DNA of 64,000 nucleotides, taken from Marsupella aquatica (Eukaryota; Plantae; Marchantiophyta). The DNA is taken from NCBI GenBank assembly GCA_973895155.1, contig OZ316891.1:4745708-4809707 (forward strand), in the 5' to 3' direction. Position numbers and translations under genes: made by a program. The notes below the pieces were generated by a model that saw only the letters and a list, made by a program, of their open reading frames with translations, was not told where the DNA came from and ran no database searches. Shown one piece after another: positions 37,042 through 50,755 of this stretch (positions are counted from its first letter, which is position 1; every line of letters begins with the position of its first letter).

Positions 37042-40000
37042 ATGAAGGGAGGGAGGGCGAGGAAGTCGACAGGGGGAAGAGGAGGAAGCAGCAGCAATGG
37101 CAAAGCGACAATGACGACGGGGGAGACGAGAGGAGGAGGGGGAGCGAAGGGTGGAGAGGAGAAAGAGGGAGGAGCAGCGAAGAAGCAGAAAGGGGGGGCC
37201 TCATCGTCGATTGCAGGAACGCCGAATTTTGCAGGTCTTAAGCTGTGCGGGTTTGTGCAAGCGGTGCTGATTGCGCGGCGATGCGGGGGTGGAGGAGGGG
37301 ACGACGACCACAGGGACGAAAGGACATTGGTGGAACAGGACGGGGATGCGAGGGAGGAGGACGAGCTCATGGTTCCGATTGGGAGCCCGTGTCATCTGGC
37401 AGGGCAAGGGGGAGAGACAGTGGCCGAAGTAGGGAAGACTGGCGTTGTTCTGGTTTCCGTCCCTACTGCTGTATCAAAATCCGCGTCGGTGAGTAATGCA
37501 GGAGGAGAAGGAGCGGAGGATGGTAAAGGAGAGGCTTCAAGGAACGAATGGACGATGATGGACGGAATTGGAAAAATGGCGAATACTATTAATGGAGTGT
37601 CTTGTACGCCGGATAGGAATTCTCTCGATAGCTGTGTGACGAGCGAGTTGATGGAATGCACTCCCGTAGCGGAGAGGGTTGCGTCTGGGAACTTGTGTGT
37701 GGATTCCGCGGGGGGAAGCGCAGGAGGGGAAAAATCGAGAGGAGGAAGAAAGGGAGGAGGCGGAAAAGAAGGCTCAGGCTCGGCAGCGGCAAAGAGGACG
37801 CAGAACAGATCGGGAGGCTCGGGGTCGAGGGTCTGCTGCATTCTGCAACAGCTCCAGTTGTTGGAACAGAGAAACAATGCCGTCGTCACTGGTAGGGTTG
37901 TGCACATGAGCCGTGGTGGCGCGGGTGGTGGTGGCGCCGTGCGCTATGTGGCGCTTTTGGATGTCTACTTGCCCTCGTCGCTGTGGTCTTCGACTCGCAA
38001 TTTCTGGCGAAATGGATCTCTCGTTGCGATGGCCCTTTCTCATCTCAGGTTCGTATTGATATATCTATCTCGTCTCATATTCGGACACCCTCCTCCGTGC
38101 CCTACCTACCTCTCAACATCACGCCCTCGGCGATCTGCCTCTTGACAATTCCGATCTTATTTACGTTCATGAGAAAACCGGTGGGAGAATACAGAATCAG
38201 CATCACCTCCTTGTTTGGGTGCTACCGGTATGCTGGACGATAGATGATGAGTCGCTAATGCCTCAATTTTCTTGAATCCGTTGCCTTGTTTGCTACGCAA
38301 CTAGTGCTTCGTTCGTTCGCGCGTCGGAAAATGATTCCCTCGGTGGGTTATTGGAATGGAAAGAACTCTCATGATCGAATTCGGGACAGCGCTGGTTTGT
38401 TGGATAGGGCAGCTTCTTTTTATGTGTCCTTTTGGGATCCATATCGAAGCACGTTGATTGGTAGAGTGCTCAGAGCCGTATTAGTTTCCTTTTGATGCGG
38501 ACTTTCTTGTTGTACGGCAATGACACCTGGACCGTAATGATTTTCTTGCTGACTTTCCTTACGAGTCAACGGATTTTCTTACGCCAATAGGTGGCCTCTA
38601 ACAACCTGTTTGCCACGGATGATGAATAGTGTGTCAGTTTCAAGTCAACGGATGGTTAGTTTTTCGGGAGGATGGATCGCTATTATTTTATTGAATGGGC
38701 TTTGAAGTCAACGAATTTGATGTTTTCAACAGAAGAGATGCTGAAATTAGGAATTCATGTTCACAACTGAATAGAACTGATATGGGAAAATGAGGAAGAC
38801 ATATCACCCATTCTTCACATTGTACGGTTAAGAAGTGCCAGAGATTTGATGGGCTGCCACATAGTCCAGTCCTATTCTTTCCCCCCTCTTCATTGTTGGG
38901 CATAGACGGTAAACAGTCGTGTCGTAACAAGACCTAGGGGCTTCCTGTCGTATTCTTTCCCCCCTCTTCATTGTTGGGCATAGACAGTTAACAGTCGTAT
39001 CGTAACTAGGCCTAGGGGCTGGTTCTGCGGCTAATTCTAAGGATATTCTATGATAGACCATCATTCTTCCGTTACACCCTGTTTTTATACCCTGTTCTAT
39101 GATTCAATGAGTGTACTGTAACAACAGGAAAGAGGTTGGTCTGTAAAGATAACAGGTTTTGTTTATCCTCTCAGGTTTTGTTAACTGTCGCGGGTTTCAC
39201 GTATACCACACTTGGGGAAGCCTGGTAGCAGATCTGTAACTTGTCTCCCCTTTTCCATCGCAGGCGAATTTGATGAAAAGCCGCTTGAAGTATCGTTTCC
39301 TAGTAGCAGATCTGTAGTTCATCTCCTCTGTTTCGCAGGCGAATGTGATCAAAAGCCGCTTGAAGTACCATTTATGTTCCTTCGTCAAAGTAAGTCATGA
39401 CCGTCGGCAGTTAGAAGATGGTGGAATTGAGCATTTGAAGAGAGAGATGTCAAATTTAGATATCTTCAAGGCAAAATAGAGAATGGACCTTGTTTCTACC
39501 ATCAACAACAAGACAGGGACTGGTAAGGAGCCCTCTACTGTGAAAAGTAATGACCAGGGTGACAGACTCTCGCGCCGGCGTGGAAATAACAGTGATCATA
39601 ATTGAGACGATGATGTTTCCCTTTGATAGGAGAAGGATCGGAAGAATAATCAGCCGTTCACTGAAATTTTCAACTTAAAGAGTTCGTAGATGTGTAAAGT
39701 TTATCCTTATCTCGAGACTCTTTGAATCTGTGTGGTACTTCCGTGTACTAGACTGCATATGTGCCATTTTCTTCTTCGCTCCTTCGATGACACTTTTCTT
39801 AAGATTTGGTAGTAAGTTCGGAGTCCCAAACAACAACGCCCGCAACCAAACACCCCCCACCCCCCCTCCTCCCTCCCACCCAAAATAAAACCCACCCCTA
39901 ACCTGGTGATTGTGTTGACAAGAATTTGTAAATCTTAGGGGTAATAGCAGAGGGTCTTCATCTGGCTAGAACTTTGCTCATCACGTGCATCTTCTTTCAG

Positions 40001-43000
40001 GGCTCTGACCATTCCTGAAGGCCATTCAATTCATATCCTTATGTTAGCATGTGCAAGTGAGATCCTCTCAGGTGGGTCCAGAACTTATTTTGGGTTGGCT
40101 CGTCGCTCTGAGGGCAGTAGGATTGATTTAGCGCAGTTTTGTTTTTTGTTTTTGTGCTAGGCTTGTACTATGAGGTCTATGATGAGCAGGGCTGCTGTTC
40201 AGGGATACCCGTGCAGATTTGTGAAATATATACATTTCTACACTGAAAAAACCTTATTCCCAGTAGTCTGATCCCAGTAGTCTGATGTTTTCTCGGTAAT
40301 GTGGGTTGCAGTTGTGATTGGAAACTCCGGAAGAGCATACTCCAAAAGATTGAGACGAATGAACCATCAAGCGATGGAGAGGATGCTTCTTTGTGGGACA
40401 TTGGAGATTGTCTTGTCTATGGCTGCAACTTGCACCGTCACCTATCAGAGGAAACAAATGCCTTGCGCTTTGACTTACATTCTCTCTTCAAGTCCCTCCC
40501 GTCCTATGATAGGGACGAGAAGCCGCTGAGCACAATCATGAAGCCTGATAGCGGTGTGAGTCGATCACAAGTGGGAATATGGCACATGCCAGATGATGTC
40601 CTTACTTCTATTTTGGGTAAACTTTTACCCAGGGATCTTCACAGTGTGGCAGCAGTGTGTCGTCACACTCGAACTTTGGCAGTTTCTGTGATGCCTTGTA
40701 TGAACTTGAAGCTGTTTCCCCACCAGCAGGCTGCAGTTCGCTGGATGCTGCAGAGAGAGTTGACTCCGCAAAGACTTCCACACCCCTACATTCGGGAAAT
40801 GGAAACTGAGGATGGTTTCTATTTCTACTTGGACTGTGTTACGGGTGACTTTACATCAGAGTCACCTCCTCAAGTGACTGACTTCAGAGGAGGACTGTTC
40901 TGTGATGAACCCGGCCTGGGAAAGACTGTGACTGCTCTTTCTTTGATATTGAAGACGCAGGGAACTCTCTCACAGCCCCCTCCAGGTGTGCATATTCGCT
41001 GGTGTGAGCACAATTCAGATCAAAAGTATGGGTACTATGAAATCAGCACACATGCCGTTCCTCATGGAGTCTTTGGTATGTCTGCCCTGAAAAGATGCTC
41101 AACGCTGAAGGCCCGACGATATCAGTTCGACTCCACGGACTTGCCCGGTATCGACTCTTACTCACCTGCTCGTAAGAGATCCAAAGGGTCTACTCCTGGA
41201 GGCATCAATGGTTCATCGTCATCTACCCCGTATGGTATTAATGGAGCTACAGCAGCTGCACCTACTCCTATCAGAACTTCATTTCGGGTAAAGCGAAAGT
41301 TATGGGATGCGTACGGAGATAGCGAAGAGAGCGGCTCTGCTTCGAAAGTTTTAAAAGATGGGAGACAGGCTCCTGGAATCACTTCCTTTTCTAAAGAGCT
41401 TGAAAGTGTGGAGAAACGCAGCTCAAAGCTGTGCAGCACCTCCTATCCGATTGTGGACAAATATGCCTCGCTGTATGGCAGTAGCTTGAGCTCCATGCAG
41501 AGAGACCGTGGCAAACAGGAAGTGCAGGAGCTCAAGAAAACTACTGAACCAGATGAAATATGGGTCCAGTGCGATGCATGCAGTAAGTGGAGGAAACTAC
41601 CAGACGAAGCAGGAAAGCCAAAAGAGGGCCTGGCTTGGTTCTGCAGCATGAACAAGAACCTGTTTTATCAAGAATGCTCTGTTCCGGAAGAAACGTTTGA
41701 TACAAATGAAACAATTACGAGCCTTCCAGGATTCACACGGAACGGGAAAGCTAGTGAGCAAGCCCTCAATGTCGCTTTCTTTCGGAATGTCCTAAAGGAA
41801 CACGCACAGTTTTTGGATGTAGAGGCCAAACGTGCTGTGACATGGCTTGCCGACCTGTCCCTTGAGAAGTTGGCAAAAGGGGCAGTGGGAGGATTCACCA
41901 TGCCTCCAGGACTAAGGCTCGCTTCCGTTTCAGGGCATGATCAGCATCAGTATGACAGGTTGTTTAAAGCCTTTGGCTTGGTCAAACAGAAAGAGGCCAA
42001 GAAAGTGACAAGGTGGTGGTACCCAAGAGGTTTAAGCAACTTGTCGTTTGATTCAAAGGCATTGAAGGCCGCACTTTCTGATCCAGTGGATGATGTAACT
42101 CGGTTTTACCTCTCTAAGGCAACTCTTGTTGTCGTCCCACAATATTTGATAGAACACTGGAGAACACAGATTAAGAAGCATACAGCACCTGGCCAGCTAC
42201 GGGTATTCATCTGGAATGACATCAAGAAACCCCCAGCTGCCCATTCACTTGCCTGGGACTATGATATAGTCATCACAACTTTTTCCCGACTCAGTGTTGA
42301 ATGGAGCTCTCGGGACAGCAGTGCACTAGTGCGCATACACTGGTTGCGAATCGTGCTGGATGAAGGACACACGCTTGGCGCAAGTCTCAGCTTGACTAAT
42401 AAATTACAGATGGCGATTTCTATGCAGGCATCTAGACGCTGGTTGTTGACCGGGACGCCCACTCCAAACACCCCATCTAGTCAAGTGGCACATCTCCAGC
42501 CAATGTTAAAATTCTTGCATGAGGACGTTTATGGCAATAGTCAAAAAATGTGGGAAGGAGCTGTTTTGCGACCCTTCGAATCAGGTCGAGAAGAAGGTCG
42601 TGAGCGCCTGGTCAATCTTCTACACAGGTGTATGATTAGTGCCAGGAAATCTGATCTCCACTCAATACCTCCATGCATACGGAAGGTGAAACTTCTTGAC
42701 TTCACAGAACAACATGCAGGGAGCTACAATGAGCTTGTAGTTACTGTGAAGAGAAATATTCTCATGGCAGACTGGAAAGACCCGTCTCATGTGGAGTCTC
42801 TCCTCAATCCCAAGCAGTGGAAGTTTCGAAGTAGCACTATCAGGAACGTGCGCCTCTCCTGCTGTGTAGCTGGTCACATGAAGTTCAGAAATGCTGGGGA
42901 GGATATACAGGAAACCATGGACATGTTCATAGAACGAGGCATGGACCTTCGCTCTGAGGAGTTTATCACAATTAAGAGTTCGCTCATACACGGAGGAGCC

Positions 43001-45242
43001 TGTCAAAGGTACGATGTCATTGGCAGCTCGTATCTTCTATTGTACTGGTTGTCTTTATGAGCTGCCAGCTACTATCTTTATGAGTGGTTAATTAATTGCC
43101 TTCTCCAATTCGCAAATTGTATTTCACGGTCGCACTTGTACAGGCGACACGTATCTTCTATTTTGTTGGTTGTCTTTATGAGCTGGCAGCTAATATCTTT
43201 TTGAGTTGTTAATTGCCTTCTCCAATTTGCAAAATTGTATTTCACGGTCGCACTTGTACAGGCGACACCAATTCCTATTATTTGCTAACTGCAGTGTACT
43301 ACATTTCCTATTGGAGCTAACTTGACTCCTCGACTGGTGGAAAACAAAGAATTGGCTCTAGTAATTTAGATTAAAAGATTGCAAGCCGTTAGTTTTCTAT
43401 CGCGAACCTATTCCCCACCAAGTCCTATAGACTTTTATTTGCTATAGCGAAGTGTTTCTGTAAGCTATTGTGCTGGATTGTAATTGGAAAGAATCAGTGT
43501 TTTCTGCTGATTTGATCACGTACCTTGATATTTATTGCAGGTGCCGTGATTGGTGTAGACTGCCTATAGTGACCCCATGTCGGCACCTTCTGTGCCTGTC
43601 ATGTGTGTCGCTGGACTGTGAAAAGTGCACAATTGCAGGCTGTGGAAACAAATACAAGATGCAAAATCCTGAAGATAGAGCAAGACCAGAGAACCCAAAC
43701 CCAAAATGGCCGGTGCCACAGGATCTCATCGAGTTGCAGCCATCGTATGTTCAGGTAACGACTGTAGTGAAGGCATTTTCGTGCAGCTCCTTTGTTACCT
43801 TAATCTCAATGTTTGAGATCCTAACAGACCAGCATGTGTCCCTAAGGGGTTCCGCGTCTTCCTTTTGTGACGATGCTATGTCTCAAGGGTCCTTCAAGGA
43901 GATGCTGAAAACCACTCGTGCCTTGTCCTAATTGCAGGAAAACTGGGATCCAGATTGGCACGCTACGTCTAGCAGCAAAGTGGCTTATCTTATTGGGCAG
44001 CTGAAGGAGCTGCATGCCAGGAATGAGAAGAAGATAAAACAGTTGTGTACTGTAGACATACTTGGCGATCAGGAGTTCCTTCAACCGTTCAAAGACACAC
44101 CAAACGAATCATTGTGGGAGCCACAGGACCTTGTACAGATGACGCAGAATACACAACCAGAGAAAGCCATTGTATTTTCGCAGTTTTTGGAGCATATCAA
44201 TGTGGTTGAGCAACAGGTGAGGACTAAGGTAGCAGGATAGCAGAATCTCTATTGATATTCGTGTTGGGCAATAGTGAGCGAGGGAATAGGGTGAATTTTC
44301 GTGGGTGATGCAACTTTACAAGTCTTGAAAACAGGAGTATTGACCGAGAAAATTTTGGTGTTTCAGTTGTCGTCTGCAGGACTACGATTCGTGGGCATGT
44401 ATAGTCCGATGCCCTCTACGAACAAGGTATTAATTGAGATGTACATTGAATTCTTCGTGGTAGTTGTACTTCCATTGCTAAGCTGAATGTTCCCATTGCA
44501 AAATGCTCACGCAAGATACTTCTCCCCTTCTACAGATGAAGTCTCTAATGACATTTCAAAAGGATCCAGAGTGCACGGTACTTGTCATGGATGGAAGCGC
44601 TGCTCTGGGGCTAGACTTGAGCTTTGTGACAAATGTCTACCTCATGGAGCCTATTTGGGATCGCAGGTGAGAAACTTGTACAGTTGATCGACAGGGTCTA
44701 AACTACAAACCACAAGCAATCTCCCACTCATGTTCTGTCCTGACAAGTGATGCGGAGGAACTGTTTTATTTACCAGTCGGTGAAGGATTGCTAATACCTG
44801 TTGGGTGACGAATGTTTTGGTTCAAATCAGTATGGAGGAGCAAGTGGTTAGTCGAGCTCATCGCATGGGTGCGACGCGCTCAGTGCTCGTAGAAACACTA
44901 GCCATGCGTGGAACAATTGAAGAACAGATGCTGGAGTTCTTAAAGGTAATCTATCCCGCTTCTTGGTTTCAGGATTACTTCGATCTCATCCCGAGACAAC
45001 TATTCGAATAACTAAGAGGTCGACTATAGCAGCATCTTGCAATTGATTGCTGGACCCATAAGATTTTGGCAATCTAATAGTACCTTGAATGATTGCAGGC
45101 CCCAGTAGATCTACACCGAAATGACAAAGATGTGCACGATATTGGTGAGCGGAGTAAGCCAATTCATAAGTCCATGCATGACCCTGCCGAGAGCAGCTAT
45201 CTTGCTCACCTCGAATTTGTCCGCACCCGGAACAGCAGATGA
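37042..45242 (+). CDS. F-box + SNF2 helicase + CW-type zinc finger + RING protein (At3g54460-like)
   Basis: GT-AG exons 37042-38048, 40312-43008, 43541-43754, 43938-44216, 44367-44426, 44536-44666, 44831-44945, 45099-45242. Motifs: F-box MPDDVLTSIL..VAAVCR, FCDEPGLGKT, zf-CW WVQCDACSKWRKL..WFC, LDEGH, LLTGTP, RING CRDWC..PCRHLLCLSC, IVFSQF, ALGLDL, EQVVSRAHRMG. Confidence 0.95.
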
Positions 45243-47137
45243 CCAGATGGCAATGACGCCTCCCCTATTGATCATTTCCTGTCATTTAGTTCTCAGCGCA
45301 CAGATTGTCAAGTTTTTCTTTGTATAAAATTTGTTGGAGGGAATTACTTCTAGTGTGTACAACTTTTAGTCCATCCCGTAGAATGGACTTCGTGCTCAAT
45401 TTGTTTAGTCTAGGCAAGCGATTAAATGGGCTTGTACACACCTGTCAGTGTCCTGAACGCACTCCCTACTGCCGATGCTTCATTTGTTTCAACTCATTCT
45501 TGTCATCTGTGTATATGGGTGCCATACCCTGCATGTGGAAAGCCTGGGTTTGACCTGTTGGCTGCGCATTTATATGGATGTGCCTTCTGTGCTTTGTGCC
45601 ACTATCTTGATCATATTTGGCGCAGTTAATAGGTTCCGTCCAACTGGACAGGATTCCCCAGGTTCTTTAAATGGGTGCGAGAACTTTTCCATTTGGGGGG
45701 ACCTTGACTGGGACGTATTGCGTCTACATCAGCAGATATGGCTGCCAGAAGACTGGAATATGCCTAGTGATTCTTTTCAGTACCTGTTTAGAAATGGCTT
45801 TTGTATTGTTTATTTGTTGCAGTTATATCTTGTTTATGGAACACGAAGCTTTAGCACATCGCATGGTGCTGCACAGACTGCTCAATTTGCTAATTGAAAT
45901 TGCTTTAATAATATCTCTGGAGAAGATGTTGAGTTGCTTCAAGACAAGAAACGCCACTATTCCAATAATGTCCAATCCTAAGTGACTGTAGTGAAAGTGC
46001 TAGTGGTAAGGATGTCCTGTATTTCTTAAGAAGAAAGGGAAGTCTACGAGAGGAGATTCAGATACTACAGAGCTTGTGTGTGTGACCTGTGGTGAAAGAC
46101 AGGTTTGTACGTATATAACTTTCAAACACAGACACAAAGAACAGTCTGGCCTGTTTTGTAGAAGAGATGTGTCCTCTGTGTCGAGCCGGGGAAGGTCATA
46201 ATGTGCTTAGGTCATCACTAATTTCATTTCTCATTTCTAGGCTCTCTATGCTCTTTGTCCTGAATCCAAGATATACATCATGTGTTCTGCACCTCAAAGA
46301 GAAGGGAGTTATGCTACTGTAGATGCTTCCAATTCTAACAGTAACGCATTTGGGCCCCCAACAAAATTTTGAAATTTTGAACGCAAATATAATAGGCAGA
46401 GCTGATTCACTTCCACTTCCATTTTTGCATATTGCTACGACATTTCTGTACATTGTGATAGGTGGGAGATTAGCTAAGAGATTCATATTGAGTGACTCAA
46501 TTTCATAAATGTAATTTGATTAGTTTTATGTGGAGTTTACCTGTATCATTCTAAGGATTATCTGAAAAAGAGATGTGGATAGTTACCTATCATTCTAAGG
46601 ATTATCTGAAAAAGAGATGTGGATATTACTTGTATCATTCGAAGGATTATTTGAAAAAGAAAAGCACACTCACTTTGTTATAGTTTTTCTCATTGCTTAT
46701 CCAATTTTTCTTACAATGGGCAAAACAAGAAGGGCAAAACGAGATAGAGTGGTCCCTGGAGTGGTCACCCTTCTTGTTTGGTCAGTCAGTGTGTTAGGGA
46801 ACCCATGATTGGCTAACATTTGCAATGGACCCGTGCTTGAAGATCCCTCCATGGCAAGTTTTAGCCTTCAACCTATACTAAATGATCCATGCTTAGCGAA
46901 GACCCCTGCATGGCAAGTTTTAGCAGTCAACCTATACTCAATGAGCCATGCTTAGCTAATTTTAGGATAAGACCCATGCTTAGCTAAGTTTAGCAAGAGA
47001 CCCGTGCTCAACTAATTCTAGCATTGGACCTATGTTTGGCAATCCATACTTGGCATTAATAATGCTCAACTAATTCTAGCATTGGACCTATGTTTGGCAA
47101 TCCATACTTGGCATTAATAATGCTCGGTTAATTTTAG

Positions 47138-47787
47138 TGTTTGATCAGAGACTATATTCATAACAGCAAGCCCATTATCATCCAACGCACAAGCTGAGGG
47201 GTCTCACTATATGGGGACCTTCCCATCACTTGCGACGTTTTTAGGCATCGGACCCCCTAAAATGCAAAAATATATATATTTTTTCCAACCCCTATAAAGT
47301 TAGAATATTCTTGGAATATTTCAAAAATTAAATTAAAAAGACCCTAATGTTCTTATAGATCTTCCAACTGAATTTAAAAGACCATATTGTTTTTTTGCAA
47401 AAAACTTTAAGTCTTCCCTTAGAACCAATCAAATAACCCTATCCTTCGTCGCACGTGATATGTTATTTTTGTTGGAAGTGAAACCCCCGAGCGCACAAGT
47501 AGTCAACACAAAGAGATACATGGTTCACCTCAGCTAAAGCTACGTCCACAGGAACACACACGAGTTTTACTGCACTCTAGGCATGTCGGCCATATCAAGT
47601 CTCGGCAATACAAGATCTCCTATCTCTCAACTGGCTCTGTAACAATGAACCTAAGTTCCTTTTATGGAAGCAAACACCACTTGGGTAATAGTGTGCCGTT
47701 GTGGCTAACCTAACCAAGTCTGCGACCAAGGTCAACCCTAATTATGGTAACAGTCATCACGCTAGACCAAAGAGTAAATGCCTAACA
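47138..47787 (-). mobile_element. Solo LTR (Copia-like) containing a MITE
   Basis: TGT...ACA termini with flanks TTTAG / TTCAG (4/5 TSD). Minus-strand CCTGTGGACGTAGC..GGTGAACCATGTA resembles a Copia LTR motif. A related copy lies at 51.6-52.1 kb. Confidence 0.6.
47194..47491. mobile_element. 298-bp MITE with an 8-bp TSD
   Basis: Perfect CGCACAAG at 47186-47193 and 47492-47499. Imperfect TIRs CTGAGGGGTCTCACT and (reverse complement) CTCGGGGGTTTCACT, plus an ATCACnTGCGACG block at a similar distance from both ends. Confidence 0.8.
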
Positions 47788-48333
47788 TTCAGCAGAAGAC
47801 CCATGCTCGGCTAATCTAGTGGTGCATCCATTCTAGGGACATATTTATGCTTGTCTAGGTTTTAGCAAATGACCCCTGTCCACTTCATTTTAGCAGGAGA
47901 TATATGTTTGACTAATTCTGGTAGTGAACCCATTCTCACTCATTCTAGTAGCAGATTCAATCTTGGCAAGACTCCCTTGATCTATTTTTTTGCAGTGGAT
48001 CCCTATACTTGGAAATAAACAGCATCCAAAATGACATTTGGGTGCAGCGAGACTGATAAAGACTGAAAAGTGTCAGGGGTTCACAACCTCCAAATTGAAG
48101 ACAAAATGTCTGCCTAAGACTATTTAGCTTAGGCCCCAATGGGGTTACAGCCATGACTCCCTAGTGGCCATGGATGAACCAGCATAAACCCCAAGTGTAC
48201 TTGTGCTAAATTTTGAGTTGAGATTGGATAACCATCCAGGAAGGCTATACGAGGGGCCTAAATCAACTTCATTAATGCCTCCAAAATTACAAAGTAAAAA
48301 ATAAAATAAAAATCACTAAGGGCATTGAGTATA

Positions 48334-48605
48334 CACTAAAGTCCTATTTACAGGGCATTGTATGGCATAATGCCAGAATAGGAGTGCTTGAGCCCTCATT
48401 TCGAGGGACAATAATTATGGGCAATTATTACCCATAATGCTTTGGTTACAGGATCTTAATAATATACTTGAATGCCTAAAGAGTTTCGAATATGATAATG
48501 TCCTGGTTAGAGGGCATTGTGGGATATAATGCCCTGAAAAATGAGGGCAGTAGCCCGAGTTTTGAGGGCATTATTCTCATAATGCCCGTAACTAGGACAT
48601 TAATG
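48334..48605. mobile_element. Fold-back MITE, Tc1/mariner-type (TA TSD)
   Basis: The ends TA|CACTAAAGTCCTATTTACAGGGCATT and AATGCCCGTAACTAGGACATTAATG|TA are inverted. Internal AGGGCATT/AATGCCC repeats give near whole-length self-complementarity. Confidence 0.65.
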
Positions 48606-50524
48606 TACGTAAAAACTTGTGTGACTTTTTGGTAACAAACAAAAAAAAGTAAATCCCTGAAATAGAAAATTTGAATTAAAGGGTCATCCAAGAAGTGGTT
48701 GCTATGGAATTGGCCAAAACTATATGTTCTTTAGTTATATTAGATTCTATTCATAGATATTTTGTTAGTATCACCATATAAGATTTTGGTTATCATCTTG
48801 AGATCTTGAATAAAATTTATTATTTAGTTTTATATGGTAAAACTATATTTAATTTTACTCTTACTATATTTATGTTGTCTTGTATAATCCCCTCCTCAAA
48901 AAAAGGGTGCATTATGGAGAATTAATGCACTCAAATATACAAAGAGAAAAGTCCGGAAAGTCTTTACTGAATGTAAGTTGAAACACTAATCTCATTTTGT
49001 TGTAGACACTGAGTTAATGAGTTTTCAGTGTACATTAATTTTAGAAAACAACAAAAGCAAACACAGCAGAATACTATTTTGGCATTACCTTATTTTCTCA
49101 AAAATTACTAAAGGTCTTGAATGAAGCAGAATGGCACGAGAGATGGTTATTTTTACAAATTTTAGTAAAATAGAGGAGAATCTTCTACTGATTGTTTTTA
49201 GTACAAGCAGAGTAGATCTTCAAGATGAGATGATCCAAATCTTGCCTCTCCAGAAATGCTCTGCAAATTACAAACAGAAAAACAAAATCACGAAAGGCAT
49301 TAAAAGTGAGGGGAAACACGGGATAATTTTTGCCACTTAAAATAGAGCCGTGTATAAGTGTATTGCTTTTGTCCAGCCGTACATCATCTGCAACATACGT
49401 TACTCAGGTGACTTTGACAGAGAGACAAAAACATCGGTCTACGCCTCTGAGAAAGATTTGCCCAGGGCAGTGAGTCTGCTCGGCGTCAGGTTTCAGCAGG
49501 ACCATACATGCATACATCCACACACAGTGACGGGGACAGCGTTGGGAACGAGCAGAGCGGGCAGTACTTTCGGGGCAGTGCTGGGGGGCAGACTGGCAGA
49601 GACAAGTGGGAGGGAACAGTGGGCAGGCCTGGCCTGGCCGGCCACCCAGCCAGCGCGGCAGGGCAGCGGAGCGGCGGAGCCACTCGGTAGCAGCAGAGCT
49701 CTGCGGGGCAGGGCTGGCCGGGCAGCGGTGCATGGCAGAAACAACTCGGACGGGACGGGCAGGATCGGCAGAATCCGGCTATCCCCTGGGCACTTTGGGC
49801 AGTAAAGAAAGGCACAGTCATACGATCTCTCTGTAAGGTAGCTTCAAGTGGGGGGTCTAACATAGGGGGACTCACAATCAGGGAATGACTCATATGCACT
49901 TAAATCACCATTGGCCTTATAAAAATAGGAGTGTCCAAAATTTCTCACTTTTCCACATTCATTTCTTCTACCGTGAGACTTTGCTCCACAATTTTGGGAA
50001 AAAATATTACAAATGGTGACATATGTGTAACCAAATTTTTGTCTTGGCTAATGGCAGTTTAAGGCCGAGCCCTGGCTGCTCGAGCAAGCTTCAAGAAAAC
50101 AATTGGATTTCAATTTTTCCACGCACCAGGAGACAAGTGGCCCAGTGGAGAGAGAGAAGCTCATACTTGAGTGTGCTCCACTTTCCAAAAGAAACATATT
50201 GGGCGACATTTGGGCCCAAATGGTCATCAGGAGACACTAAAGGCCCTTGACTACAGTGTGCGGACTTGCCTATTAAGCATAGACGACATTTGCAACTACA
50301 AGCCCATGAACCATCCAACGTACAAGAGTCGACACACACAGATACGTGGTTCACTACCACATGAGGCTATGTTCACGGTGTCGTGGGGATTCCTTTTAGA
50401 AGACAAGAATCCATATTATGTTATTTGAGTTTATGTGAAGAGGGTTTTACTTAAAAGCTTCATAGTAGTACTATTAGAGCATATATATTACATTCTATAT
50501 ATAGTATATACATTTTACAATGGT

Positions 50525-50755
50525 ACACAGTAGTTCCACCATTTATGCATAGTAGTTTTACAAACTAGATACATAGTAATTCCACCAACTACGCATAGTA
50601 GTTGCACCAATTACGCATAGTAGTTTCACCAACTACGCATAGTAGTTGCACCAATTACGTATAGTAGTTTCACCAACTACGCATAGTAGTTCCACCAATT
50701 ACGCGTAATAATTCCATCAACTACGCATGATAGTTCCACCAACTATGAATAGTAC
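50525..50755. repeat. 22-bp minisatellite (TAGTAGTTCCACCAACTACGCA), about 10 copies
   Basis: Direct tandem units are visible, with no unique spacers. Confidence 0.9.

Larger units (their letters stand above)
46800..48030. repeat. Diverged minisatellite of about 29-bp units (GACCCATGCTTAGCTAATTTTAGCA-like), interrupted by a solo LTR
   Basis: The unit recurs from 46800 to 47137 and resumes in register at about 47790. Includes a near-exact duplication of about 57 bp at 47005-47125. Confidence 0.7.

Noticed and set aside
36366-37907. Many overlapping antisense and alternative-frame ORFs
   Set aside because: Explained by purine-rich low complexity and the shadow of the real first exon.
49350-49900. 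Cluster of GC-rich ORFs on both strands
   Set aside because: No domain recognised; stop-poor GC-rich repeat-like DNA, partly resembling 58200-58240.
50525-50755. CRISPR-like regular array
   Set aside because: Head-to-tail 22-bp units with no unique spacers, no cas genes and a eukaryotic context: a minisatellite.
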